64,000 nt of DNA from an uncultured delta proteobacterium (GTDB lineage Bacteria > Desulfobacterota > Binatia > Bin18): assembly GCA_963733195.1 (NCBI GenBank), contig CAVTCR010000012.1, positions 1 to 64,000 of the forward strand, written 5' to 3'. The position numbers and the translations under genes were made by a program. Position 1 is the stretch's first letter, and the number at the start of each line of letters is the position of its first letter. Shown in pieces: positions 53,569-62,883 of this stretch. The notes below the pieces were generated by a model. That model searched no databases, was not told the origin of the DNA, and saw nothing but the letters and a program-made list of their open reading frames with translations.

Positions 53569-53933
53569 GTCTGCATACCCTTCAGAGAAGTGGAGGGCAA
53601 GCCATGGCCCTACAGCAACCTTCTCCAAAACGATTAGTAAATCTCGGTTCAGTAGACTTCATTCCGCTTGGCGAAGGGCGCGCATATAAGGTCGGAGACG
53701 TAGGCATCGCAGTCTTTCGTCAACGTGACGGAAAACTGTTCGCGACTCAAAGTCAATGCCCGCATCGTCAAGGGCCTTTGGCTGACGGCATTGTTGGTGC
53801 AGGAACAGTGATTTGCCCGTTTCACGCCTGGAAGTTTGACCTCGCGACCGGTCGTTGTGCTGGGGAAGAAGTCACGTTGCTCACGTTTCCAGTCCACGAA
53901 CTCGAAGGTCGCCTCATCATTGAAATCGAGTAA
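53565..53933 (+). CDS. nirD: Nitrite reductase small subunit (Rieske-type NirD)
   Basis: IPLGEGR, IAVFR, CPHRQGPLADG, CPFHAWKFDL. Confidence 0.88.
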   Translation: MSLHTLQRSGGQAMALQQPSPKRLVNLGSVDFIPLGEGRAYKVGDVGIAVFRQRDGKLFATQSQCPHRQGPLADGIVGAGTVICPFHAWKFDLATGRCAGEEVTLLTFPVHELEGRLIIEIE

Positions 53934-53942
53934 CTCGCAACT

Positions 53943-55172
53943 ATGAATCTACAAAAATCCGCGACTGCTATCGTGTCAATATTGGCCCTCGACCGCACCG
54001 CCGCCACTGCCGCACTAGTGGCCGGTGGACTCGTCACCCTTTTCATCATTATCGGCTCGCAAGGACTCAGACATTTCGACTGGATGCTACTTCACTACGC
54101 ATTAGCAACCGTGTTTGCCATCGCCGCCAGCACCTACCGTATCGTGCTGTGGATACGGCGTCCGCCCACGCTCCGTTATTGGCAGCAAAACTGGCGGCTG
54201 TTTCGCAGCGGTGGAATTATACAGAACAGTATCTATCTCGGTCAGTTGCTGTTCAACAATGTTGGCACCCAGAAATTCATCGCGCAACGTAGCCGCTATC
54301 GTTGGTTTACGCACCTGTGCCTGTCCTGGGGTGGCATGCTGGCTTTTGCCATTACCTTCCCCTTGGTGTTCGGTTGGGTGCATTTCGAGACCCCGCCCGA
54401 CGATCTGGAAAAGTATCATGTCGTGTTCCTAGGTATGCACGTACAAGAGTTCTCGATCCACTCGCTCATCGCGTTTGTCACTTTCAATGCGCTCAACATC
54501 TCCGCCATTATCATGCTGATTGGCGTTTCGATGGCACTCTACCGCCGCCTAACTGATGGCGGAGCCATTGCGTTGCAACGCTTCAGCAATGACATCCTGC
54601 CACTCCTCCTGCTTTTCGTCGTCGCCGCCAGTGGATTAGGACTCACGATTAGTGCGCATTTCATGAATGGACGAGGGTTCCCTTTTATCGCTGCCACCCA
54701 CGCCGCATCAGTCATCATTCTTCTGCTCTCGTTACCGTTCGGTAAGTTGTTTCACATTTTTCAGCGTCCTGCCCATATCGGCGTTGGCTTCTACAAGCGT
54801 GCGGGACAAATGGGGCAGCAGGCTCACTGCGGACGTTGTGGCGAGGCGTTCGCCTCACAAATACATGTCGATGACCTCAAGCAAGTGTTCGCTGAACTCG
54901 GCATGGATTCTCACTTAGACGGTCCGGTAACGCATTATCAAGAGATTTGTCCTCCCTGTCGCCGTCGATTATTAGCGCTCAACCAAGGCAAGACGATGTC
55001 AGGGCTGAAGAATCAATGGACAGGGATAGAGGCGTTGGTGAACCACGAGTTAGAAGCTGAATGGGAGAATGGGCGAACGGGTGATTCGGCGCAAGAAATT
55101 TCGTCTCCTTCCTTCGCCCACTCGCTCAGTCGCCCAGTCGCCCAGTCTCGGGTGGATATTCCAGCAACATAA
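53943..55172 (+). CDS. NarI/DsrM-like polytopic membrane protein with a C-terminal CxxC...CxxC domain
   Basis: RPPT, RWFTHLCLSWG, TM His (THAASV), PFGKLFHIFQRP, CGRCG...CPPCRRR. Confidence 0.7.
   Translation: MNLQKSATAIVSILALDRTAATAALVAGGLVTLFIIIGSQGLRHFDWMLLHYALATVFAIAASTYRIVLWIRRPPTLRYWQQNWRLFRSGGIIQNSIYLGQLLFNNVGTQKFIAQRSRYRWFTHLCLSWGGMLAFAITFPLVFGWVHFETPPDDLEKYHVVFLGMHVQEFSIHSLIAFVTFNALNISAIIMLIGVSMALYRRLTDGGAIALQRFSNDILPLLLLFVVAASGLGLTISAHFMNGRGFPFIAATHAASVIILLLSLPFGKLFHIFQRPAHIGVGFYKRAGQMGQQAHCGRCGEAFASQIHVDDLKQVFAELGMDSHLDGPVTHYQEICPPCRRRLLALNQGKTMSGLKNQWTGIEALVNHELEAEWENGRTGDSAQEISSPSFAHSLSRPVAQSRVDIPAT
55059..55149. repeat. Inverted octamer tandem-repeat cassette
   Basis: GAATGGGA GAATGGGC GAACGGGT GATTCGGC ... 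TCGCCCAC TCGCTCAG TCGCCCAG TCGCCCAG. Confidence 0.75.
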
Positions 55173-55188
55173 GAGGGAAATACAGACG

Positions 55189-57413
55189 ATGGCACTGCTC
55201 CCATTCCCAGAAGAAACGTCATCGACCGTTACGGTCCGCATTTAAACTACGAACCTGCTGGCGGTTGGCAAACCAGTGGAGCGCCAGATCGTTTAGTCAA
55301 AACACATTGTTGCTTTTGCGGCGTGCAGTGTGGCATCCAACTCAAAGTACGTGATGAAAAAGTTGTTGGCTTCGAGCCGTGGACGGATTTTCCGGTGAAC
55401 CAGGGTAAGCTCTGCCCTAAGGGAGTGAAGCGGTATTTACAGAACAATCACCCAGACCGCATTCTTGCGCCCTTGATTCGGACCAACGATGGCTTCCGCG
55501 AGGCGGATTGGAACGAAGCGCTGACGCAGGTGACCGAGAACATTCGCCGTATTCAGCAGACCTACGGTAAAGATGCGTTTGCGCTCCTCGGTGGTGCCTC
55601 ACTTACGAATGAGAAAGCCTATCTGATGGGCAAATTTGCTCGGGTGGCACTGGGCACAGCCAATATCGATTACAACGGTCGCCTGTGTATGGTCTCGGCT
55701 GGGGCAGGCAACAAGATGGCATTCGGCATCGACCGTGCCGCTAATCCCTGGAGCGATATTCCCCTCGCCAAATGCATTATTGTCACTGGCAGTAACATTG
55801 GTGAGTGCTTTCCGATTCTTACGGATTATTTATGGCGGGCACGTGACAACGGTGCCAAACTCATTGTTATTGATCCACGCATAACACCGATTGCGCGTAC
55901 GGCGGATCTGTTTTTGCCAGTGCGACCTGGTCGGGATAGCGCCCTCATGAACGGCATCTTGCATGTAATGATCGAGCGCGACTGGATCGACCATGAATTT
56001 ATCGCTGCACACACGCTCGATTTCGAGAAGGTCCGTGAAGCTGTCGCAACCTACACACCCCAATACACCGCCGAGATTACTGGTGTACCAGCGGTAAATA
56101 TTATAAAAGCCGCGGAACTGTGGGGTGAAGCGCCGACCTCGATGTTGTTACACGCACGCGGTATCGAGCACCACACCAAAGGGGTCGAGAACGTTCTCTC
56201 TTGTATCAACTTGGTGTTGGCAACCGGGCGTATTGGTCGTCCTGGTTGTGGATACGGCACCATCACGGGTCAAGGCAATGGTCAAGGTGGACGCGAGCAC
56301 GGGCAACGTTGCAATCAGCTTCCCGGCGGACGCGACATCGAAAACCCACAGCATCGACAAGAGATCGCCTCGTTTTGGGGGATTCAGGAGCAGGAGCTTC
56401 CACTAAAGGGACTCACCGCAGTCGAGCTATTTGACGCGATCAACGAAGGGAAGATCAAAGGGTTGCTCTCGATCTCTTTTAACCCAATGGTGTCGTTACC
56501 CAACGCTGCCTTAACCCGGTCAGCCTTAGAGAAGCTCGAGTTCTACGCTGCGATTGAACCATTCATGTCGGAGACTGCACGACATGCCAATGTCGTCCTC
56601 GCTGGCTCACTTCAGGAAGAAGATGAAGGAACTGTCACTAATGGTGAAGGACGCGTAATCCGCTTACGACAGTCGGTCAAACCGCCAGCCAATGCTCGGG
56701 TAGATTGGCAGATTATTGTTGAGATCGCGCAACGCTTAGGGAAAGGCGAATTCTTTCCGTATACCCAAGCTGAAGATATGTTCCGTGAACTGAGTCATGC
56801 TTCGGCTGGTGCGCCAATTGACTATGCAGGTATTACCTACAAGCGTATCGAAGAGAACAAAGGCGTCTTTTGGCCTTGTCCAACACCGGAACATCCCGGT
56901 ACTCCGCGTTTATTTGAAGGTGGGAAATTCGCACATCCAGATGGCAAGGCACGCTTCCATGCCATTCAGTACCGTCCACCGGCGGAGGATATCGACACCA
57001 ACTATCCACTGTTCATGACCAGCGGACGTGTGGTGTCACAGTACTTGAGTGGTACACAAACGCGACGGATTGGTCCGCTCGTAGACCAGTATCCCAATCC
57101 GCAGGTCGAGATGCATCCCCAGCTCGCGCAGAAACTCGGAGTGAAATCCGGCGACCAAGTCCGGGTTGAAAGCCGTCGCGGTGAATTAACGTTACCCGCA
57201 CTGGTAGTGAAGACAATTCGCCCAGATACGATCTTTATTCCTTATCACTGGCCGGGCAAGCAATCGGCAAATCTTGTCACTAATCGAGTCCTGGATCCCG
57301 TTTCTAAGATTCCTGAGTTTAAAGTGTGTGCAGTCCGAGTGAGCAAGATCGGTACAATACCATCCTCTCCTCTCAATGGCAGCGGTCACCACTTGGAAAG
57401 AAATAACCTATGA
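55189..57413 (+). CDS. Mo-bisPGD oxidoreductase, assimilatory nitrate reductase (Nas-type) catalytic subunit; frameshift near the N-terminus
   Basis: [12 protein letters not shown]...LCPKG FS0 motif, NGRLCM (Cys Mo ligand), [25 protein letters not shown]; no Tat signal or C-terminal BFD domain. Confidence 0.85.
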
Positions 57414-57997
57414 GCATGGAATTCTTTGTTGACCCATCACGCTGTATTGGCTGTCAAGCGTGTTTCCATGCTTGCGCGGAGTGTGAAAGTCATCGTGGCA
57501 TTTCGATGATCCACCTCGACTTTGTTGACCGCTCCAGTTCTCCACAAACCACACCAACTGTATGCATGCACTGTGAAGATCCAACGTGCGCACGCGTATG
57601 TCCTGCTGATGCGATCAAACAAACCGCAGAAGGTATCGTGCAATCAGCGCTCAAGCCACGCTGCATCGGTTGCTCGAACTGTGTGTTGTCCTGCCCCTTT
57701 GGGGTGCCGCGCTACATGCCAGCGCAAGATCAGATGATGAAGTGCGACATGTGTTACGATCGCACTTCAGTAGGATTAACCCCTATGTGCGCCACAGTCT
57801 GTCCAAGTGGTGCATTATACTACGGCCCTCGCGAGACGGTTGTGCAGACGCGGCGCGAAACATCTACTAACACCTTCGTGTTTGGCCGTCGGGTCGTGAA
57901 GACTAAAGTGAGCATGATGGTCGGACAAGAAGCCGAAGCATTGGATATCGATGTTGCCAGCTTTATGGAGGGGTCTGGGCTAGGAACTGGGAGTTAG
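57410..57997 (+). CDS. 4Fe-4S dicluster electron-transfer subunit (DmsB/NrfC-like)
   Basis: CIGCQAC...[32 protein letters not shown]...P.C..VCP. Confidence 0.9.
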   Translation: MSMEFFVDPSRCIGCQACFHACAECESHRGISMIHLDFVDRSSSPQTTPTVCMHCEDPTCARVCPADAIKQTAEGIVQSALKPRCIGCSNCVLSCPFGVPRYMPAQDQMMKCDMCYDRTSVGLTPMCATVCPSGALYYGPRETVVQTRRETSTNTFVFGRRVVKTKVSMMVGQEAEALDIDVASFMEGSGLGTGS

Positions 57998-58105
57998 GAT
58001 TTGGGATTTAGCAAGGAAAAAGCCAATGGATGCAAACTATCACGCTATGTCACCTTCCGTCTCACACAGCACAGAAAACCAATCCCCAATCCCCAATCCC
58101 CAATC
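57977..58105. repeat. Inverted heptamer tandem-repeat cassette (CCCCAAT, STRR-like)
   Basis: GGGCTAG GAACTGG GAGTTAG GATTTGG GATTTAG ... CCAATCC CCAATCC CCAATCC CCAATC. Confidence 0.75.
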
Positions 58106-58574
58106 TGCTGCCTTCCCCATCCCGTGGGAAGAAGAGCAGACCGTGACACGTCGGACTTTTCTGTCGTTTGTGTTGCTGCTCTCAACCACCCTTCTCGCAA
58201 GTACTGGTCTCCTTGGTCTCGTCGATTGGTTGCGCCGCAGGTCAGTTTCTCAGCTTGCGCCTGCGCTGATCGCATCGGTCCAGGATGTTCCGGTCGGCGG
58301 TGTAAAGCTGTTTTCCTATCCGACTGCTCATGATCCTTGTCTGCTCATTCGTCTCTCACAAGACCAGTTTGTCGCCTACAGCCAGAAGTGCACCCATCTA
58401 TCCTGCCCGGTCACCTACAAAGCACAAGAGAAAGAATTTTTCTGTCCGTGTCACGCTGGGCGTTTTGCGTTAGAGGATGGGCGCGTGCTTGGAGGTCCAC
58501 CGCAACGGCCACTCCCGAGCATTCTCCTCAACATCTCTGGTAACGAGATTTGGGCGACTGGAGTACGAGTATGA
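58026..58574 (+). CDS. Membrane-anchored Rieske [2Fe-2S] protein
   Basis: TRRTFL plus TM, CTHLSC, CPCHAGRF, GPPQRPL. Confidence 0.9.
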   Translation: MDANYHAMSPSVSHSTENQSPIPNPQSAAFPIPWEEEQTVTRRTFLSFVLLLSTTLLASTGLLGLVDWLRRRSVSQLAPALIASVQDVPVGGVKLFSYPTAHDPCLLIRLSQDQFVAYSQKCTHLSCPVTYKAQEKEFFCPCHAGRFALEDGRVLGGPPQRPLPSILLNISGNEIWATGVRV

Positions 58575-58810
58575 ACACTCTTCCAACGACGGCACACCAG
58601 CAACGGAACACTATTTTTTCCTTGGTCGCATTCTCGATGATCGTTTTGTTCAGTCTCCAGCTCTGGCTCTTTATCGAAGTCCTTCACGGGTCGTTAGGTA
58701 GTGAAGGAGGATATTCTTTACTGGCAACACTAGTTTCGGTCCTCTGTGTCGCTGGCAATTGGCAATTGTGGCATCTTCTTCATAGTAGAATTGACAACTT
58801 CAGCCGATAA
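58571..58810 (+). CDS. Small two-TM membrane protein (QLWL motif)
   Basis: ATGA overlap with the Rieske gene; IVLFSLQLWLF. Confidence 0.65.
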   Translation: MNTLPTTAHQQRNTIFSLVAFSMIVLFSLQLWLFIEVLHGSLGSEGGYSLLATLVSVLCVAGNWQLWHLLHSRIDNFSR

Positions 58811-58840
58811 ACAAGGAAAGCCTGCTATTGAGGAGTAAAC

Positions 58841-59083
58841 ATGCAAAAGACCGCCTTCCAACCCGAACATATTGTTGATCAGGTCAAGACTTTTTTTAAC
58901 GGCGTCCACGATATGTCTGATTTCTACTACCGTATGTATATGCTGAGTGGTCTGTGTCGCACCTGTGACGGTCGCGGGTATGTAAATAACGCGGAAGAAC
59001 CATGCCCGACGTGCCACTCCAGTGGCAGCAGTGACGTCTGGCGCAATGCGGCATTGGCAAAGCAGAACGAACCACACCGATAA
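58841..59083 (+). CDS. Small protein with one DnaJ-like Zn-finger pair
   Basis: GAGGAG RBS; CRTCDGRG and CPTCHSSG. Confidence 0.6.
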   Translation: MQKTAFQPEHIVDQVKTFFNGVHDMSDFYYRMYMLSGLCRTCDGRGYVNNAEEPCPTCHSSGSSDVWRNAALAKQNEPHR

Positions 59084-59119
59084 ATGGGCAGAGAAAGGGG
59101 AGGAGTTAGCAGTGTCTTT

Positions 59120-59312
59120 CATGCAGAATGATTGTGATTCGGAGGAAGTTACGGCTGATGCACGGATCCCACTTCGTGAGGCACAAAAGAAACAGCCCGA
59201 GCAGCTGTGGTGGACAGTACTAGATGATCCGTCGTTTCGTCGGCTGCTTCGAGATGGACATCGTGCCGACGCAACTGCATACCTTCTTACCCAGCTAGAG
59301 AAGGAAGAATGA
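59120..59312 (+). CDS. Small protein resembling the C-terminal helical part of SirC/CysG
   Basis: WWTVLDDPSFRRLLRDGHRADATAYLL; ATGA overlap with cobA. Confidence 0.4.
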
Positions 59313-60145
59313 CATATTCACCGGTGTACTTGGTCGGGGCTGGGCCAGGCGATCCAGGGCTCATTACCGTTCGTGGACTGAACGCCGTACGACAAGCGAC
59401 AGTCGTTATATATGATCGTTTGGTTCACCCCTCTCTCGTAGAAGAAGCACCACCCACTGCACAGCGCATCTATGTCGGGAAAGAGTCTGGAATTCACTGT
59501 GTCCCACAAGCGCAGATCAACCAGCTCTTAGTGAAATACGCAGGGCAAGGAGAGCGGGTAGTCCGCCTCAAAGGCGGCGATCCGTTTGTCTTTGGCCGTG
59601 GTGGAGAAGAGGCTGAGGCTTTGGTTGCTATGGGAATCCCTTTCGAGATTATCCCTGGTGTCAGTTCTGCAGTCGCTGTCCCTGCGTATGCAGGCATTCC
59701 AGTCACCCATCGCAAAGTTGCCTCGTCGTTCGCTGTGATCACCGGCCACGAGGAAGGGAGCAAGGAACATACTGCGATTGATTGGCAGCGCCTCGCAACT
59801 TCCGTAGATACTCTTGTCATTCTTATGGGAACAAAAGGGCTGGGACGGATTACGGCGCAGTTGATACAGCATGGTCGCCCCCCAGAGACACCAGTAGCAC
59901 TCATCCGTTGGGGAACAATGAGTGAACAGTTCACCGTAATTGGTACACTCGTAGATATTGTCGATAAAGCTGCAGCAGTTGGCCTAGAGCCACCAGCAGT
60001 CACAGTAGTCGGAGATGTCGTCAATCTCGCCGAGCGGTTGCGTGGTTTTTCCCTCAGGCGCTGCCTTCTTCCTTATCTGTCATCCCTGATGACACGGGGT
60101 TCCTCAATTCGACCGTCAAGGGTTGGCATCTGTGGTTTGATTTAG
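59309..60145 (+). CDS. cobA: Uroporphyrinogen-III C-methyltransferase (siroheme supply)
   Basis: VYLVGAGPGDPGLIT, YDRLV, RLKGGDPFVFGRGGEE, AGIPVTHR. Confidence 0.95.
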   Translation: MTYSPVYLVGAGPGDPGLITVRGLNAVRQATVVIYDRLVHPSLVEEAPPTAQRIYVGKESGIHCVPQAQINQLLVKYAGQGERVVRLKGGDPFVFGRGGEEAEALVAMGIPFEIIPGVSSAVAVPAYAGIPVTHRKVASSFAVITGHEEGSKEHTAIDWQRLATSVDTLVILMGTKGLGRITAQLIQHGRPPETPVALIRWGTMSEQFTVIGTLVDIVDKAAAVGLEPPAVTVVGDVVNLAERLRGFSLRRCLLPYLSSLMTRGSSIRPSRVGICGLI

Positions 60146-60194
60146 TCCAACTACACCTTTGCTGTGACAAGAAGTCACTTGCGGTGTGCCACAA

Positions 60195-60896
60195 TCAACT
60201 GCGCAATACCACCGGAGAGTTGATGACGGACACCTGCTGAAATCCAGCCTGCTCAATTATCACAGCAAAATCCTTCGGGTTCGGAAGATAGGAAACTGAA
60301 CGCGGCAAGTAGGCATACGCTTGACTATCTGAAAGCAGGGCACCGAGGAACGGTACAACTCGATTAAAATAAAACTGATGCCCCCAACGTAAGACCGGGT
60401 TCGCTGGGGTATCGACTTCTAGCAGAGCCAATCTCCCGCCCGGCTTCAATATGCGTGCAGCTTCGGCCAGCACCGTTGGAATCGATACAAAGTTACGCAA
60501 GGCAAAACCAGAAAGTACAACGGTTACCGAAGTGTCTGGTAGCGGAATACAACCCGCATCGGCTTGTACGAACATTGCGTTGATTCCTCGTCGTCGTGCG
60601 CCGGCAAGCATATTCCCGGCAAAATCAACTCCTACAACTCGCGCTCCCGAGTGCGCTGCAAGTTCACTAAGGTCGCCAGTACCACACGCAAGGTCAACGA
60701 CAACATCCTGTGCAGTCACTGCTGCCGCCTGAATCGTCTTGCGTCGCCATGATTGATCAAGTTGGAAGGAAAAGAGGCGGTTAAGAGTATCGTACCGTGG
60801 GGCGATGCGGTCGAACATGGTTCGTACATATACGGCCTTTTCACTTTGTTCAGGAAGTATCTTCTCTAATTGCGGATTAACCATTTCACTCATCAT
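60195..60896 (-). CDS. Demethylmenaquinone/ubiquinone methyltransferase (MenG/UbiE)
   Basis: MFDRIAPRYDTLNR, DLACGTGD, GFALRN, AYAYLPRSV. Confidence 0.9.
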   Translation of the reverse strand: MMSEMVNPQLEKILPEQSEKAVYVRTMFDRIAPRYDTLNRLFSFQLDQSWRRKTIQAAAVTAQDVVVDLACGTGDLSELAAHSGARVVGVDFAGNMLAGARRRGINAMFVQADAGCIPLPDTSVTVVLSGFALRNFVSIPTVLAEAARILKPGGRLALLEVDTPANPVLRWGHQFYFNRVVPFLGALLSDSQAYAYLPRSVSYLPNPKDFAVIIEQAGFQQVSVINSPVVLRS

Positions 60897-60936
60897 TGTG
60901 TCAGTTTGCTCACAAGGAACGTAATCCTGAGGTCAT

Positions 60937-61764
60937 CTAGACGATCTTTTCGCTCGGCGTGGTGATCTTGCGCATCGGCTCGTAACGCGCGGACGGTACC
61001 CGCAGGGGGTAGAGGGTATCGCCGCCATCCCAGTGCGGATCTTCCAAGCTATCGAACACCTCTCGCAAGCGCTGGCCCCAGGTGCTGCGGATCATCTGGA
61101 AATACGGGTTGCCGTCATCGATGCAGACGACCTGGTTGCTGCGCAAGGCGCCCTCGCGGTAGACGAGCAGGTCAAGCGGCAGACCCACGCCCAGGTTGGA
61201 TTTCAGCGTGGAATCCATCGACACCAAGGCGCACTTGGCGGCCGTGTCCAGCGGCGTGGTCGGCACGATGAGACGATCGAGCACGGGCTTGCCATATTTG
61301 GACTCGCCAAGCTGGAAGTAACAGGTTTCGCGCGTGGCCTCGATGAAATTGCCGGCTGAATACACGAGGAACATCCGCATAGCCTCGCCCTTGATCTGGC
61401 CGCCGAGAATCAGCGACGCGTTGAATTCAATGCCGGCGGTCTGGAACGCCGCGCCATCGTCGTGGTGTACCCGGCGCACGGTGGTGCCGAGCACGCGCGC
61501 GGCATCGAACATGTTGGTCGCGTTCCAGATGGTCAGCGGTTCCTCGTCAGGGCCGCGAGCGAGTCTCTCCACTTGCAGCAACTCGCGTATGGACTGCGCC
61601 ACGGACAAGTTGCCGGCCGACAGCATAACCATAAAGCGGTCATCTGGCTTCTCGTAGATCATCATTTTCCGGAACGTGCTAATCTGGTCCATCCCCGCGT
61701 TGGTGCGCGAGTCGGACAGGAAGACCAGCCCAGCATTGAGTCGGATGCCAATGCAATAGGTCAT
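60937..61764 (-). CDS. Proteasome-type protease (Anbu)
   Basis: MTYCIG (N-terminal Thr), SDSRTNAG, AGNL, YSAGNFI, GESKYGKP, STLKSNLGVG. Confidence 0.92.
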   Translation of the reverse strand: MTYCIGIRLNAGLVFLSDSRTNAGMDQISTFRKMMIYEKPDDRFMVMLSAGNLSVAQSIRELLQVERLARGPDEEPLTIWNATNMFDAARVLGTTVRRVHHDDGAAFQTAGIEFNASLILGGQIKGEAMRMFLVYSAGNFIEATRETCYFQLGESKYGKPVLDRLIVPTTPLDTAAKCALVSMDSTLKSNLGVGLPLDLLVYREGALRSNQVVCIDDGNPYFQMIRSTWGQRLREVFDSLEDPHWDGGDTLYPLRVPSARYEPMRKITTPSEKIV

Positions 61765-61817
61765 ATCGAATCTTCAGATCTTGTTTCCCATTTGACAACC
61801 TGTCGGTATGGGCAATT

Positions 61818-61856
61818 GAGACTCCCAGACTCCAGGACTCTCAGACTCCTAGACTA
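61818..61856. repeat. Octamer tandem repeats
   Basis: GAGACTCC CAGACTCC AGGACTCT CAGACTCC TAGACT, overlapping the alpha-E stop. Confidence 0.7.
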
Positions 61857-62874
61857 TTTTTTCCTGCCGTTGCACACTGCCTTCGCTGCTACGTTGACTC
61901 TGAGACTTTACGGTAACAGCTCCACCAATCGGTTGCAAAGCAAAGAAAGTGTTAAAGATGCTCTCTCCAACCAGATTCAGTTTGGTTTGAAATGCATCGA
62001 GGAATTCATGGAGCCCTGAACCAATGATATCGCCTACTTGCGCATACGCTAACTCGGCTCGGAGTTGGCCCAGGTGCTGCTCGGCAGGATTACAGAAACT
62101 CCCAATCGGCGTGCTCGATACCGCATGGAGCGATTCGTCAGCCTTGATCAAGCAGTAGTGGAGCGAGCGAGGAAACTCACGCTCAAGCAGCAGAAATTCA
62201 ACAATGCGATCGGGACTCAGATCCTGGTAACGCTGGCGATACATTTCCAATGCGCTGGTAGAACGCAATACTGCTGCCCACTGAATATCATCGAAAGGAG
62301 TACCAACATCGGCAACCGACGGGAGTAAAAGAAAATACTTAACATCAACCATACGTGACGTTTTGTCAGCACGTTCAAGCAACCGACCCATGCGACAAAA
62401 ATGCCATCCTTCACTATGTGACATGGTTGCATTCGTCAGTCCTTCAAACAGATGACTGGCCATACGGATATCACGAAAGAACTCATATGGGGCTTCGCGA
62501 ACCCGAGTTGCCGCCGCTAAGTCATGGACCATCAGATAAAAGACGTTGACCTGCTCCCACATTTCTGAAGAAATGATTTCCCGCACCGATCGGGCATTTT
62601 CGCGTGCGACTCGGAGACAGGACAGAATTGAGTTAGGGTTCTCCTTGTCGAATGTCAAAAATTCCACGACATTCTCTCGCGTTGCCTCCTTGTACTGTTT
62701 GACAAAAGGGCCGTCATCACCAGTCGTAATGACCAGCGGTTTCCATTGTTCGCTCGCGCCCGCGGGTAAATCTAACATTAAGTGTAGATTGACATCGATG
62801 AAGCGCGCCACATTTTCTGCACGCTCGATATAGCGGCTCAACCAATAGAGGCTATCAGCAACACGCGAAAGCAT
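61849..62874 (-). CDS. Alpha-E domain protein (DUF403)
   Basis: MLSRVADSLYWLSRYIERAEN, ARENARSVRE, LERADKT, FPRS. Confidence 0.93.
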   Translation of the reverse strand: MLSRVADSLYWLSRYIERAENVARFIDVNLHLMLDLPAGASEQWKPLVITTGDDGPFVKQYKEATRENVVEFLTFDKENPNSILSCLRVARENARSVREIISSEMWEQVNVFYLMVHDLAAATRVREAPYEFFRDIRMASHLFEGLTNATMSHSEGWHFCRMGRLLERADKTSRMVDVKYFLLLPSVADVGTPFDDIQWAAVLRSTSALEMYRQRYQDLSPDRIVEFLLLEREFPRSLHYCLIKADESLHAVSSTPIGSFCNPAEQHLGQLRAELAYAQVGDIIGSGLHEFLDAFQTKLNLVGESIFNTFFALQPIGGAVTVKSQSQRSSEGSVQRQEKIV

Positions 62875-62883
62875 ACATCTCTC

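Noticed and set aside
55189-57413. Formate dehydrogenase or periplasmic NapA
   Set aside because: RLCM rather than RxCH/UH, a GQGGRE motif, no Tat leader and the nirBD context favour a cytoplasmic Nas-type enzyme.
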